Shown one piece after another: positions 44,440-58,214 of a stretch of DNA of 64,000 nucleotides (the stretch's first letter is position 1; each line of letters starts with the position of its first letter). Both the position numbers and the translations under genes were made by a program. The stretch covers positions 56,358,001 to 56,422,000 of the forward strand of contig CM097888.1 in NCBI GenBank assembly GCA_044892525.1, given 5' to 3'. The DNA is from Schmidtea polychroa (Eukaryota). Below the pieces are notes generated by a model, which worked only from the letters and a program-made list of their open reading frames with translations, did not search any database and was not told the origin of the DNA.

Positions 44440-45520
44440 GATACATTCTCTATAGTGGTGGTTGGCGTGTAGAACAATTTCTCTCACCAATTTACTGTAT
44501 TAATCATCTTCATCAATTTACATTTATCATTTACTGAATTGCTTACAATAATGAATGTTTTTTGAAAATTTATTTTAGCCATTTTAGAAATGGCTTTCAT
44601 GTAAGATATGAGATCATTATTCAAGTTCTTAAATTTTACTTTTAGTCAACATTATAATTATAAATTATTTTTAATTAATTTTCAGGGATTTTTGATATTT
44701 TATGACAAGTATTTTCGAATATTTTCGAAAAAATGTGAGTTAGATATGTTTTTAATTATAATTAAATAAATGAATTACCAAAAATATGTACTTTTCTAAA
44801 ACATTTTGGGAAAAATCCCCGAATAATAAAAATAAAATAATTTTTGTGATTTTGTTTTCTGAGCTCAATATGAGGAGCTTCTTTCAGGAAAGCAAAGGAG
44901 ACATTGAACAAAATTCATCTGCTCTTGAAATTTCATTAAAAATATATTTTTAAAAATTTTCAGCGATCTTTTTTTATCCAAAAATTGTCTAAAATAGAAT
45001 TATTATAGAAATGTATCTCAGCGGTGCATTTCGATGAATCAAAAGTTTGTATGTGTTTTTTAGTATGTCTTGTGTTTGTGTTTGTGTGCAGTTTTTAATT
45101 TTTCTTCCACTTTTCAGATTTCTATAGTATAAGATGTATCTGATTGCACTCTAAATGAGAACATCAACGTGAAATCAGAGTAAGTATGTAATGTTTCCAT
45201 AATGTAAGATTATTGATTTTTTTGTTATATTATAGGAAACGGTTCTCAGTGGTGTTTGGTGTACATTTTCTATAGTGGTGGTTAGTGTGTACATCATTAA
45301 ATTGACTCACCAATTTAATAAATTTCATTTCTTGAAATTTATTTTAGCGAATTTTGAAATGGCTTTCAGGTAAGATACTTAATTTTAAGTAAATTTTAAG
45401 ACTTGAATTTTGATCCAAATAGATATGAAATCATTATTCAAGTTCTTAAATATTACTTTTATTCGACATTTGTGTTATAAATTATTTTAAACTAATTTTC
45501 AGGTTTTTAGGAATTTTATT
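44440..45520 (+). repeat. Dispersed or partly tandem repeat family studded with GT-AG intron-like segments
   Basis: Segment 44440-44690 recurs about 830-850 bp downstream (about 45270-45520). Segment 44860-45120 matches 58215-58475, and 45135-45262 matches 59590-59860. Confidence 0.75.
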
Positions 45521-47279
45521 GGTTATGGATTAAGCTGACAAATTTACATTTTGTTGTCACACGATGCGGCTCAGCTCAGCATACCATTTGCGATGTTACT
45601 TGCGATCATACATATAGAATCCATAGCTGTTGTCACAACACATAAGTGAATCGGTATCCTTGTTTGGTGCCCGGGTGTACCCAGTTTCCCTCTAACGCAT
45701 GACACTCAATGGGCTTGTTCATTTATATAAATATTGAATAGCTACTAAATTTTGTGGAGTATTCTATCAAAAGCAAAAGACTTTCATATTAAAGAAATGA
45801 AATAAACATAAAAATTTTGGTTTCAATTTTGAAATGAATTTTTGATATTTTTAGAAAATAAAATCATTCTAATTAAATATTATTATACAAACTTTATCGA
45901 ACAATAAAAATTCAAAACAAACAAATAACAAATAAACAACAAATAATTAAATTAATTGAAAATAATTTAATGCCTCATTTATTAAGTCATTAAAAATATT
46001 AAAAATATTCTATTTTAAATTGAGAAATTCCCAAAGATCTAATTTGATATTATAATTCGATAACTTGATAATTTATAAGAATTTTTTTTCTCTTTTTTCG
46101 ATTTGAAAATTTCTGAAAGCTTCATGAATTATTTAAAATATTTTTTTCAAATATTTTATCATTTACGTATTCATTTCGTATAGTTGGACGTGGAATATAA
46201 TTCCCTGATGTTTTATGAATGAAATAAAACTAAATTAATCTCTGGATTTTAAACTAATGGCGCGTTAAAGAATTTTAAAATATATATACTTTTGTCTAGG
46301 AGATTCAAATTATTTTATTTTGTTTTTGAAATTACCTGTCCATTTTTAGAAAACATTTCGTAAGCCCTCCATTCTTGCAAGAAACCTGTTGATTTAATTT
46401 TACTAAACTGTAGAAAAGAGCTTTAAATTCAAATCATAGTACTTTTGATCAGAATTCAATTTTTTAAAATTATTTATTTGGTTTTTACAAATTTATATTT
46501 TTTATTTAATTATTTGATTTATTACATTTATTAATTAATTATTTTATTTAATTAATTAAGTAAATTTATTTATTTCTTCATTTATTATAATTGTAGTAAT
46601 CAATAATATTACTATTATTAAAATTTTATTTATTTATTTTTTTATTTATTTTTAATAAGTTAAAACAATGTTGTAAACTTTACACTGTTAAGTATAAGAA
46701 ATTTTTAATTTAAACAAAAGTTGAATTAGTAACTAGTTTTAACAGAAAATAAAGCTAAGTTACCTTCAGATCTAAAGAATATATGAGTATGGATAATAGA
46801 ATGCTTACTAAAATCTAATTATTTAAGTTTGTTTTAATGCAAATATTTACAATAAAAAAAATTAGCTCCACAAATTAATTATTAATTCACATTTTTAAAT
46901 AAATAATTCACAATAAAAAAGCTCGTTTTTCTGACTTTAAACTATAAAACTGATGGGTGGAACTTTTTATTCTCATTTGTGGGATACTCACTGTTCCACC
47001 ATCGGTATACACTTTTTTGTAGACTTTATGAATGATATCAGAATTTATTAGACATTCCTTTTGATATTATAGTACTTTTATGACCTTGGAGTGAGTAGCA
47101 CTTTTATCGAAAGAACATTCATCTTTATATCGTCTTAACTTATTCTCATTCTGCAACTTTTCCGATTACTAAACATATTTTATCTGAGAATAATAAATCG
47201 TTCGCCGGATTATTTGAGATATCCAGGAGTCCATCACCAATTATTCTTGGGGAAAAGTGTGAGGGCACTTTTTTATCAA

Positions 47280-47316
47280 ATTCACTGGGAAAAGGCAGTG
47301 CCGAAAATTCGTGAAT
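47280..47316 (+). ncRNA. Degenerate copy of family-B hammerhead motif
   Basis: ATTCAC-TGGGAAA-A-GGC-AGT-GCC-GAAA-AT-TC-GTGAAT: stems intact, U3 and A8 retained, U4G and A6G lesions. Confidence 0.6.
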
Positions 47317-50300
47317 ATCAAAAGCATCTTTTTAATAATCGATTTCAAATACTTTTCCTCTTCATCAACCTGTTCAGTCATCATTGATCTGTTTTATCTC
47401 TTTTATTCCAGATATACAGTTTCAGGTGCAATTTCTTCAGGTTTTACTGGGCTATTGCTTGAAATATCATCATTAGTTTGAATTTCATCGTCTTTGCTAT
47501 CTTGGTATTCAATTCAACCTTTCATGTCAATATTTATTTGATCATTATCGTTTTCCAATTCTAATTGTTGTGATTCTTCAGATTTTACAATTAAATCTCG
47601 TAAATAAGCTTCATATTTGATCATAAAATCATTATATTCTGCAAGAAATTTCTTTATAACTAATTCCATTAAACAATTTGCGATGTAATCGAATAAATAA
47701 TTCCAACGAATAAAAACTTTTTTTATTTACTGCAATTTGAATTTACAACAAAATCACTTTAAACAAAAATTCCTGAACACCAAATAATTAAAAAATAGAT
47801 AATTCCAGAAATCTCAAATTAATTTCGAGAACCTCACGTTTATGTGCGCACACATCACCCCAAAAAAACTCAGCGACGCAGACACGACAACAACTAACAG
47901 AACTAAAAAATTGGTTATAGAATGAAGTGTTTGATATTTTCTTGCTTAAGATATTGATGGTATAAAATAATCCTCTTGTTTGAATATTGAAATTTTAGTT
48001 GTAAATTTTATGGATACAATCAACATACGGTCCACTCAATCTAGCACTAAGCATAATTGCAATTAAAATATCCGTAATCTTGGTGCTACGACGAAACATA
48101 GATTTGCTGCAGAAAGTTATCAGATTTTTTCTATTGTTGTCTAACTTCAATTTCAAAAATTTCTTCAAATTTTCAACGGTTTTTGGTTTATATTTAAGTA
48201 TTTAATGTATGATTGTGTTGTGTATAGGAAAATTGAAGAGCCCAGCCGAGTCACCAGTAAATAAACTGTCTCGGGACAGCTGGGGTGAATGTATGTAAAT
48301 AACAGGAAGTTATAATAATCAAATGAGTGGAAACGATAATAATATAAAATTACAACTTGTATTTAAAAGACAATAAAAATGATACGCAATTTAAGTTGTG
48401 GGGGGGGAAGATTGATGTTCTCAATGTTTCGAATCTCTTTGACTTCTTTATTTCTGTTTTCTTTTATTTCTAAATTTATTTGTTTGGCAATATTTTGAAT
48501 CACTTTGGCTTGTTTTCTCTTGTCACTAAGTTTATTCTTTGGATAATATCTTGACAATGATTTGAGTCAATTTGATTTATATTTACTTTTATTTCTACGT
48601 TTATTTTTCACGATTATCTTTTGCTTCTGCGTTTTGGAGTTATAGATTTTTTTAAGTTTTTTCAATTTATTATTTTATTTGTGATTTTACTATAGCGATA
48701 ATTTACCATTGTAAATTATCGCTATATAGTTTTTAATCTAATTTCCCAAACTCTACGGGAACGCTTATGTTCGAAAAAGAAAACTAAGCCTAATTGGGTT
48801 ATAGTAAAAAATAAATCATCTAATTTATCTTGATTAATATCAAAAATGACGATGTCAACATTCAAAACCTAACTGCGATGTCCATCAAATTCCTCTCCAC
48901 TCACACACACTTTAACAAAATTATCCATTTCAGAATGATCTCTAACAATCTGAATTCATCAACAAGAAGTTTCTGAGATAGAGTAACATTTTTGTATACC
49001 ATATTAGCTTGTTAATTTGCCTCAACATTATGCTTATCTTGACATATGATGTTGTAACAAATTTATAAATTATAGCATCTTCATGACTTCCGACTGCGTT
49101 AAATTTATATGAATTGCATCGGTTCACTAAATTAAATTATTAAATACAATAAATAATAATAATAAAATATTTACTTTTGATAATAATTTGTTAGCTTCAT
49201 AATTTATAATGATCAAATGAAAGCATTTTGTTTATATACCAAGTGATTACACACATCAAATTCCCAACCAATCACAATTGAGTAAGGAGTAGAAAATTAT
49301 TATTATTATTTTACTTTGCATTACATTTATTATCTAAAAATCCTTACATATATATCATGTATGAGGACAAAGAACAACTACTATCTAAGAGTTGTATATT
49401 GTGTAATTATTATATTATTTAATCATTGCCTAAAGATTAAATCAATGTTTTCCAGCTCTGGAGGCGTTGTAACATTTGAAATTTTCAATTTACATATAAA
49501 AAAGAATAAAAAATTGAATAAAAGGAGACGTGATGCCAAAGAATTTGCAAACCACTGGATTAAATAATAATATGAAGTTATACAATGACACAATTATTCT
49601 GTATTAATAGTAAGTAAAACTGTATATCTCTGCATATTATGTTTGTATTTTACTATGCTATTTTCACTATGCTATTAATTAATTAGTATTGTTTAAATAA
49701 CGTTGCTCAGGAAACTCATGTAAATTTAAAACTATTATATCCCAAGTCAACTGTAATTTTTGCAACATCCTAATACTTGTTATACCTGAAAAATATTAAT
49801 TTTAAATTTTTATATATTTTTAAATAATTTTGCTCTTCAAATACTTCTTCAGTATTTTTATTACATTTAACTTTTTATGTTATACACAATTTTTGTATAC
49901 CTAATTTTTATTTGCAACAACCCAGTTAAAAATGATAAATTGAAAATTTGATATTAATAAATCACATTTTAAATTAAATCATTCTTTTCTAAAATAATTT
50001 GATAAATTACTATTATTATAATTATTATTATAAAAATCATTGACGTAAAGGGTTTGCCTAAGGTGATGAGACTAATATTTCCACATCCGTCTCATTACAA
50101 GTAAGCAGTATATTTGTAATTTGGGTTTTTTTCATCAAAATATCCACAACGAAAAGGAATTTACATACAGATAAATGTGAACCTGGAAACGCATTTAAGA
50201 ACTTTTCACAGCGGGCCATAATTTTAAAGTATCTTCAAATAATTTTCCACACAAAATATGGGCAACCCCGGGTCCATACAATATAATCTTTACAATAAAA

Positions 50301-50525
50301 TTTACTTAATGTAGACTGAGAATTTTTATGTGAAATATTCTTGAAATTCTTTGGATATCCTAACGAAAATCGGGAATTTTATTTTTTTAGAAAATGCTTT
50401 TAATTGTTTTGTACGAATTTTAATTACAAATGAAGACAAATACACCGAAAAATATATAATTTGTTTTATTGAATTTCATTTTCAATTATTGACTCAAGCA
50501 CTTGAAATAATATATTTTTAATTAA

Positions 50526-50664
50526 CACTTTCAGTGCCATGCTAGTCATTTTTGACTGACAGTGCTTTGCCTCTCGCATCACAACAATTTTTTTAAAATA
50601 AACTTGTCAGGTCAATGTGTCTGACAATAAAAAAAAGGCCTGTTTTTTTCTGTGGCAGTAAGTG
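50526..50664. mobile_element. piggyBac-type MITE
   Basis: TTAA on both sides; imperfect TIR CACTTTCAGTGCC / GGCAGTAAGTG. Confidence 0.6.
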
Positions 50665-50708
50665 TTAAATTTATGCAGTTTATTTATAAAAATTTGAGAG
50701 TACTTATT

Positions 50709-50992
50709 TGTGGCGTAGACAATGGAACGGGATTTGGAGGGTAAAAATCCCATTCCATTCAATTCATATTGCGTTTTGTTTGAACTGTTTGCTAGCTTGT
50801 CTAAATCGTTTATCAGACATGTAGAACAGTGGTCGTCAACATGAGTTACTCGGAACCCTGTACAGAATATTACTAAAACTGTGTCAAATAATAAATTAAT
50901 TTAAATAAATCAGGAATTATCAAACTTTATTTATCATTAATAAAGGTAAATATATTTGTGAACCTCCCCGTGGAAAATCCTGTCTACGCCAT
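50709..50992. mobile_element. hAT-type MITE remnant
   Basis: Inverted termini GTGGCGTAGACA ... TGTCTACGCCAT; no TSD confirmed. Confidence 0.5.
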
Positions 50993-52026
50993 TTTCAATC
51001 GAATACATTTTTAAGCGGATATTTATTTATACTCATATGTTTTCATTAATTTTCTTCTTTTAATTTAAGTTAAAATTTAATAGTTATTTTCACCACATTA
51101 TTTTAATATCCTGGTATTTATCTATTATACTTTTAAAAATTGAAAATAATTTTTACGATTTTTTGTCTTCATTTTCACCAAACCAAAATAAAGAGTATTG
51201 GAAATATATGCCTCAGAAGTCATTCGACTAATGTTATTATTTTTTTAAGTCGTAGTACAAACAGTTACCTGACTAGTAATTATTTACTTTTAATTAATTA
51301 ATTAAAATTAATTAATTGTTCTATTTTTTATTCTAAGTATCAAAACAGATGAAATTTAATGAAAATAATTCTGATTATAAAGAATTTATTCAATAATAAA
51401 CATAGGAACCAAATTTTAATTGAAAAATAAGTTTGTAACTAGACAAAGCACATAAATAATATTTTAATGGTATAAAAATATTTTCATTTTTACACAAAAT
51501 CTGTTTAAAAAAATCACATAAGATAAGAATTTTTCTAAATTTTAATCCTGAAAACATGAAAAACTGACAGGATTCTATTTTTTCTAATTAATTTAATTTT
51601 AATTAATTTGAAAACGAACTAGTTAAATTAATTAATTTTTTTGACAAATCATAATAAAAGAAAATAAAAAATGTATTTTTACACATGAATCATTTGCTTG
51701 AAAATAAAAAGGTATGAAAATAAAATTATTACATAGATAATTTTTATAATTTAAACAATTTATTTCTAATTAAAGTACAAATGGTTTTCTCGTTAATTTT
51801 TTTCATTTTATGGAAATTTCATTAATTTTATTTGAAAAATATTATAAATTTATGTAAAAGAAATATGGAATAATTGAATAAAATATTTTTATTTAAATAC
51901 ATTGATACTTTTATAATTTTAATATTGATAATTATAAATTATAATTATAAATTATTTGAACTCCTTGGGAAATGAAACCAGAATATATAATTTCCAATTT
52001 CTGATTTTGTAATTTATATGAATTTC

Positions 52027-52140
52027 TTAAAAGGCAGTGCCGAAAATTCGTGAGTATCAAAAACATCGATATATTACTGATTTATAGTCTTCAAGCTCTC
52101 TATTTAATAAATTCAATGGAAAAAAAAGTTCTTATAATAC
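52027..52140 (+). repeat. Family-B hammerhead-plus-tail repeat copy, 5'-truncated
   Basis: AAAAGGCAGTGCCGAAAATTCGTGAGTATCAAAAACATCGATATATTACTGATTTATAGTC...GTTCTTATAAT. Confidence 0.7.
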
Positions 52141-52479
52141 AATAAATACATAATTATTAAAGTAATTAATTGCCTGATTTATGTATGAATATGTGTGTTG
52201 TTACATGTATGAACGTTTGATGATGTCAAGTCTCATGTTTCATAATCACAATTACATTACAGTCTCTAATATATTAGTTTTTATTACTTGTGATTATGGT
52301 ATAATAGAATAGAATTTAATGACTTAGTTTTCATCTTATATATCATAAACAAAATCAACGCACTTGCATTAATAAAGAACAATATACAGTATATGGTACC
52401 AAAAAACTTTCTTATAGAGTATATCAAAAATGAAAAGTTTACTTTATATCGTTTAATTTGTGTGGCAAAATTTCAGAAT

Positions 52480-52660
52480 CCTTAGGAAGAGTTTTGTGGC
52501 AAGATGAAGGAGACATCTTACATAAAATGAAATCATTTCTACCCTTTTTTAGATAACTAAGAAACATTCAAAGAAAATTTAATTTTTTTTAGAGTTGTAA
52601 TGTATATTTGTACGCCAGGAAAAATGTTACAGTCAATGAGCAGTAAGTTCATGAAAAATT
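52480..52660 (+). mobile_element. piggyBac transposase remnant
   Basis: CTPG(K)NVTVNEQ resembles the YTPG..VTVDEQL catalytic-Asp motif; heavily decayed. Confidence 0.35.
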
Positions 52661-52943
52661 CACCACGTGCGTGCTATCTTAGAAGTTGGATATTACAAAT
52701 GATCAAGAGAAGTTGATCTGGAGAAGTTGACAAAATAACATTAGAATATTAAGTATCTCCAAATAAATTTTGAACCAATGAATATTATGAAATTTGACAT
52801 TTGGAAGTTGATAAAGGTATTAAAACTAGCAGCGAAAGTAATATTAGGATGTGTTGGTGCGAAATACAAATAAATCCTAGTGTTATATAATGATTATATA
52901 AGAATGACCTCTGATCATTGGCATCTTGGACATATATACTAAC

Positions 52944-55900
52944 TATAATGTATTGTTTAATTTTATTTTTTTTATGTTGGTCACGTCTGTTGGCGAAAGT
53001 TTTTATTTTTAAAAAAATAAAAGATTAAAAAAACTATATAGAGATAATTTACCATAGTAAATTATCGCTATACAAAATTCAAAAAATCCATATACGAAAT
53101 ATAGGAAATATTAAAGGACGACAACTCTTTCGAAAACTTATACAATACTTCAATAAATCGGAACTACTCGAATCCTGTTTGAAAGATATCCAATTGGGTA
53201 ATGACAAACCGTCTGAATTTCTGCGAAATTTAAAAGCAAAACTCGAATACTTGCAACCAAAAATAACAAGCACCGGGTCAAAAGAGTTCATCAAAGACCT
53301 ATTCATGCGCGCTGTGCCACCTGAAATACGCCGGATTCTAGCTGTTAGTAACTGCACAGACCTCGAAACCTTAGCAAACATAGCAGACAAAATCTACAAC
53401 GAAATATACCCGACAATATGTAGAACCTACCAAAACAAAAATTATTTCAAAAACAACGAAAACATACCCGTACACAATAGCTCAGAAACTACAGAAACGA
53501 ACAAACTCCTCTCAACTCTGGTAAAATAAATTTGACGAAATAATTATCGAAAACAAAAATCTAAGAAAAGACAACCGAATTACAAAGAAGAGAATCCAGG
53601 AGAACGCAATATTATGAAAAAGGCAAAATTATCCCAGACAAAATACAAGATCTGGCAGCCGCAGCAGCTTTGACAGAAACAAAACATGGAACAACACTAA
53701 TAAATGCACAAACCAAAACGATTGTTACTACCACAATAAATTTGGGAATAAAGCATATAAATGCAACAAACTTTGCTCCTTCAACATAGAAGAGTCGGGA
53801 AACATATAAAGTCACCAATGATAGCACCAACAATTGGTGACAGCCAAACATTCACGGTGCATAGCAATGGCCTTAATTTTCTTGTTGATTCAGGTTCAAT
53901 AATTTCATTGCTACCGAATTGCCTATATAAAAACACAAAAACTGAAACCGCGAATTTGTGCGCAGCAGACGGCCAATAGTGCTAGTTTATAGCGTATACT
54001 AGCGGCCATTATAGTGTTAATATTTCAAGGTAGTGTTAATAACTGTTTAATTAATTAAAACGTTCGGAAAACAAAACATCAACATCACCATCAACAACAC
54101 ACAATACAATTGGCAATTCACTATCGGTGAAGTCAAACAAGCCATTTTAGGAGCAGATTTCCTCTCAATCTTCAATCTACTAGTCGACTGTAAGAATGGA
54201 AAAGTCATACCAAACAATTTAAACAACATATACAACAAAAATAAACAATCCAAGAAACAAATCAATTGTGACATCGGAGTAATAACAGCCCAACACGGTG
54301 AAACAAAAACAAATAAAACAGAAACAAACTGGCATATACCTAATGAAATCGCAAAACTGATACAAAATGTACCAAATATAACAAATAAACTAGAGGCAAG
54401 CAATAACACAAAATGCATAACCGAACACATAATAATTAGCAACGGAAACCCCGTCCATGCAAAAGTCAGACAATTAAACAAAAATAAACTCGAAATAACT
54501 AAGAAAATATTCGACGAACTACTAGAATACCAAATCGTCAAACACTCAAACACAAACTGGTCATCAACTCTCATGCTTAAAAAAAAGCAAACGGTGAATG
54601 GCGAGCCTGTGGAGACTACAGAGCATTAAACAATATCACACAGCCGACAAATACCCCATTCCAATAATAAACGACATCATTAACAGATTTAACAAACCCA
54701 AAATTTTCAGCAAAATAGACTTAGGAAATCTCTATCATCAAATTCTGTCAGAACGGAAGACATAAAGAAAACTGCAATCATCACACCCATAGGACTTTTC
54801 GAATATAACAAAATGCCTTTTGGATTAAAAAACGCAGCAGCCACTTTCCAACGCTTTATGGACCAAATATTTCGAAATCAACAAAACACAGTCGCATACC
54901 TAGACGACATCTTGATAGCATCAGCAAACAAAACAGAACATATACAAAACATTAAAAACGTGTTCGAAATATTAAACAAACATGAACTAAAAATTAATAT
55001 TAAAAATGTGAATTTTTGAAAACAGAAATAAAATTTTTGGGGTATCTGTTAAACGAAAACGGAACAAAACCATTAGACGACAAAATCAAAGCAATCAAAA
55101 ACTATCCGTTACCCAAAACAACAAAAGATCTAAGACGTTTCCTTGGCATGATCATTTCTATCACAAATACATACCAAAATGTAACGAAATGCTAGCCCCT
55201 CTCAACGAACTGAACAAAATAAAGAGAAACATCAAAATAAATTGGAACGAAAAACTAATAACAGCTTTTGAACAGGCAAAAGAAAACCTGAAAAACGCAA
55301 GCATCCTAAGCTATCCCAACCAAGAATTACTATACATAGTCAACACAGACTGTTCGGGATTAGCAATGGGCGGAACGATATTCCAATAAGAAAACAACGA
55401 TAAAAGACCAATAGCCTTCTTCTCAAAGAAACTTAAAACTCACCAAATGAGATACTCCACTTTCGACAGGGAGTTATTAGCGTTACATGACACAATCAGA
55501 CACTTCCAATACCTATTAGAAGGAAGAGAATTCGCAGTGTATACTAATCATAAACCTTTAATAAACGCAATGAACATGAAAAACCCTTCACCGAGACAAA
55601 TAAGACAATTAAACTATATCTCACAATTTAATTGTAAAATAAAATATATAGCAGGTTCAGCTAACATAAGTGCAGATGCATTATCAAGAATAGAAACCGA
55701 TATCAATGCACTTAACATACCACCTATCATAGAGTTAGAAAATTTAAAAAACAAACAAAATCAAATAATAGCCGAGATTCCAAGGTTGAACTCACTCCAA
55801 TGGGAAGAAATAGACGGCATATGGTACGACACTTAAAACAAAAGGATCATAGTACCACCGGAAATCCGTGATCAATACTTCCAGAAATATCACAACATAT

Positions 55901-57346
55901 ACCACCCGGGAAACAAGGCCACATACGAACTTCTACATACCAAAGTCGTCTGTCCTTATATGAGAACGGTCGTAAAAACGTTCGTAAAAAACTGACCACA
56001 GTAGTATCAAAAGAACAAAATAACAACAAAACAATTCAAAACAACAGTAGTAGAATTTCCAAGTTCTGAACCATTCGAAACGATACATATTGACATAGTC
56101 AGACCTCTACCCCCAAATAATAAACACAAGTATTTATTAACAATAATAGACCGAAAAACAAATTGGTTCAAAGCCATACCCATAAAAAAAATATCAGCAG
56201 CAAAAATATGCAGTAAATTAGAACTAAACTGATTCGCACGGTATGGCTGCCCAAAAACAATAATCAGCGATCAGGGTAGACAGTTCGAATCCGACATTTT
56301 CAAAGGACTTTGCAACAAATATAACATCAACAAAATCAGAACAACGGCATACAACCCACAATCAAATGGAAAAGTGGAGAGACTACACCTATCAATAAAA
56401 CAAGCAATCAGAACAAAAACGAATAATAACCACAACTGGTTAGAAAAATTATCAGAAATACTAATAGGATTACGAAACAATCCTTCAAGCTTAAACAATA
56501 AAAGTCCTAGCCAATCAGTTTTTGGACACAATACAAACCTACCAAACTTAAAGGATGAAAACGAAAACAAGATAAAAACAATCGATAAAGAATCACAAAT
56601 ACCCAAAGAAAAAAAGCATTCTAAAAAACAAAACACTCAACAAACTCAAAACCAAACAGAACTAATAATAGACATGGTCTTAGTAAAGAAACTAGCGGAT
56701 TTAAATCAAAGTACGGAAGCCCATACAGACTGTTAAATATGTACAAAAACGTCGGCACAATTTTAAAAGACAATAAACAAATCAAAATAAACATACGCAG
56801 ATTAAAACCATATCACAAAAACAAAGCACCCACATTCAACGATCACCACAACCAAAACCCTCAAAACAACCACCCAAAATACAAAACACAAGAACAAACA
56901 GAAACACAGAAAAATCAGAAACACATCAGATTCAGCGAAAAAGACTCAACAAAATTCTTCGACAATAACACAACAATCACATCAGAATACAAAAAGCGCT
57001 ATAGTGATTACCTCAAATAAAAAACACATGTACCTACAAGGTTTAGTTGTACAATTTTTATGATTTTTTTGTTGTAAAACACAAAACAAAAACACAACTA
57101 AGCCAACAGATGTCATAACAACATATCTTTTTCATTTGTAAATATGTAAATTCGTTAAAATGTTAATCTCCGGTTTTAAAGGGGGAAGTTTTATAATGTA
57201 TTGTTAAATTATATTTTTTTTATATTGGTCACGTCTGTTGGCGCAAGTTTTTATTTTAAAAAAAATAAAAGATAAAAAAACTATATAAGGATAACTTACC
57301 TTAGTAAATTATCGCTATACAAAATTCAAAAAATCCATATACGAAA
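52944..57346 (+). mobile_element. Decayed Ty3/Gypsy LTR retrotransposon (element 2)
   Basis: Direct repeats 52944-53099 and 57192-57346 (about 93% identical by hand) and PPT AAAGGGGGAAG at 57178-57188. Gag fragment IQLGNDKPSEFLR; protease FLVDSGS; RT PFGLKNAAATFQR and YLDD; RNase H YSTFDRELLAL; integrase IHIDIV and SDQGRQFES. Many stops and frameshifts; the PBS and gag start are deleted. Confidence 0.92.
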
Positions 57347-58214
57347 ATTAATTAAAATATTCAAAAATATTAAAAAACTTATACCAATTTGCTTTGCTTA
57401 AAATTTGAAAGATTGTAAAATATTTTTTGGGAATAATTGTTTGGAATATCAAAACAAGCTCCACGAGAATTTCCCGAACTTTCTATATAAAGTGAAAAGT
57501 AATCATTCCACGAAAAGTGATCATTTTCTCGATAAAGTGCGTTTTATTATTACATTTCATGATAATAAAACTTGTTACTTAAATTAACCGTTATTTTTGG
57601 TATTATATCCATCGCACTACATACACGCACCCCGATTGTCCCACAACATATTTTTATAGGTGACTATATTGGGTTCTACTACTCTTTTTATTATACATAC
57701 ACAACATATACATATATATTTGGTTATAATTGGTTATAATTTGATAACAACCTATAACACTAACTATTAATGTTCTCTCTAAGAAAAGAGGGTCGCTGTG
57801 TGGAAATTCAAAAGGCTGAGCCGGCCAAATCACCAAATGTGCAAGTGCAACATCACTTTTACACTAATACAAAATTGATGACTTAACATTCGTTATCGAC
57901 ATTATTTTTGAATTTCATTTCTGTTATTATTTTAACAAATTTAAATTAAATTCAAATAGTAAATATATTTTTGGTCTGATGATTGTGATAACTGTACACG
58001 TACACAATTACAAATTAAACAGTTATTAACACTACCTTGAAATATTAACACTATAATGGCCGCTAGTATACGCTATAAACTTGCACTATTGGCCGGCGTT
58101 TTTTACTCTTTCGAAAAATCGTCATAACTATTGTAATAATCGTTTTAAAATAAAGATTTTTTTTGCATTCTACGTAAAATGAAACAAAAAGTACGAATTA
58201 TATATTAAGTAGAT

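Noticed and set aside
45660-45700. CCCGGGTGTACCCAGTTTCCCTC resembling a conserved SINE central domain
   Set aside because: Short similarity from memory only; no Pol III A/B boxes identified.
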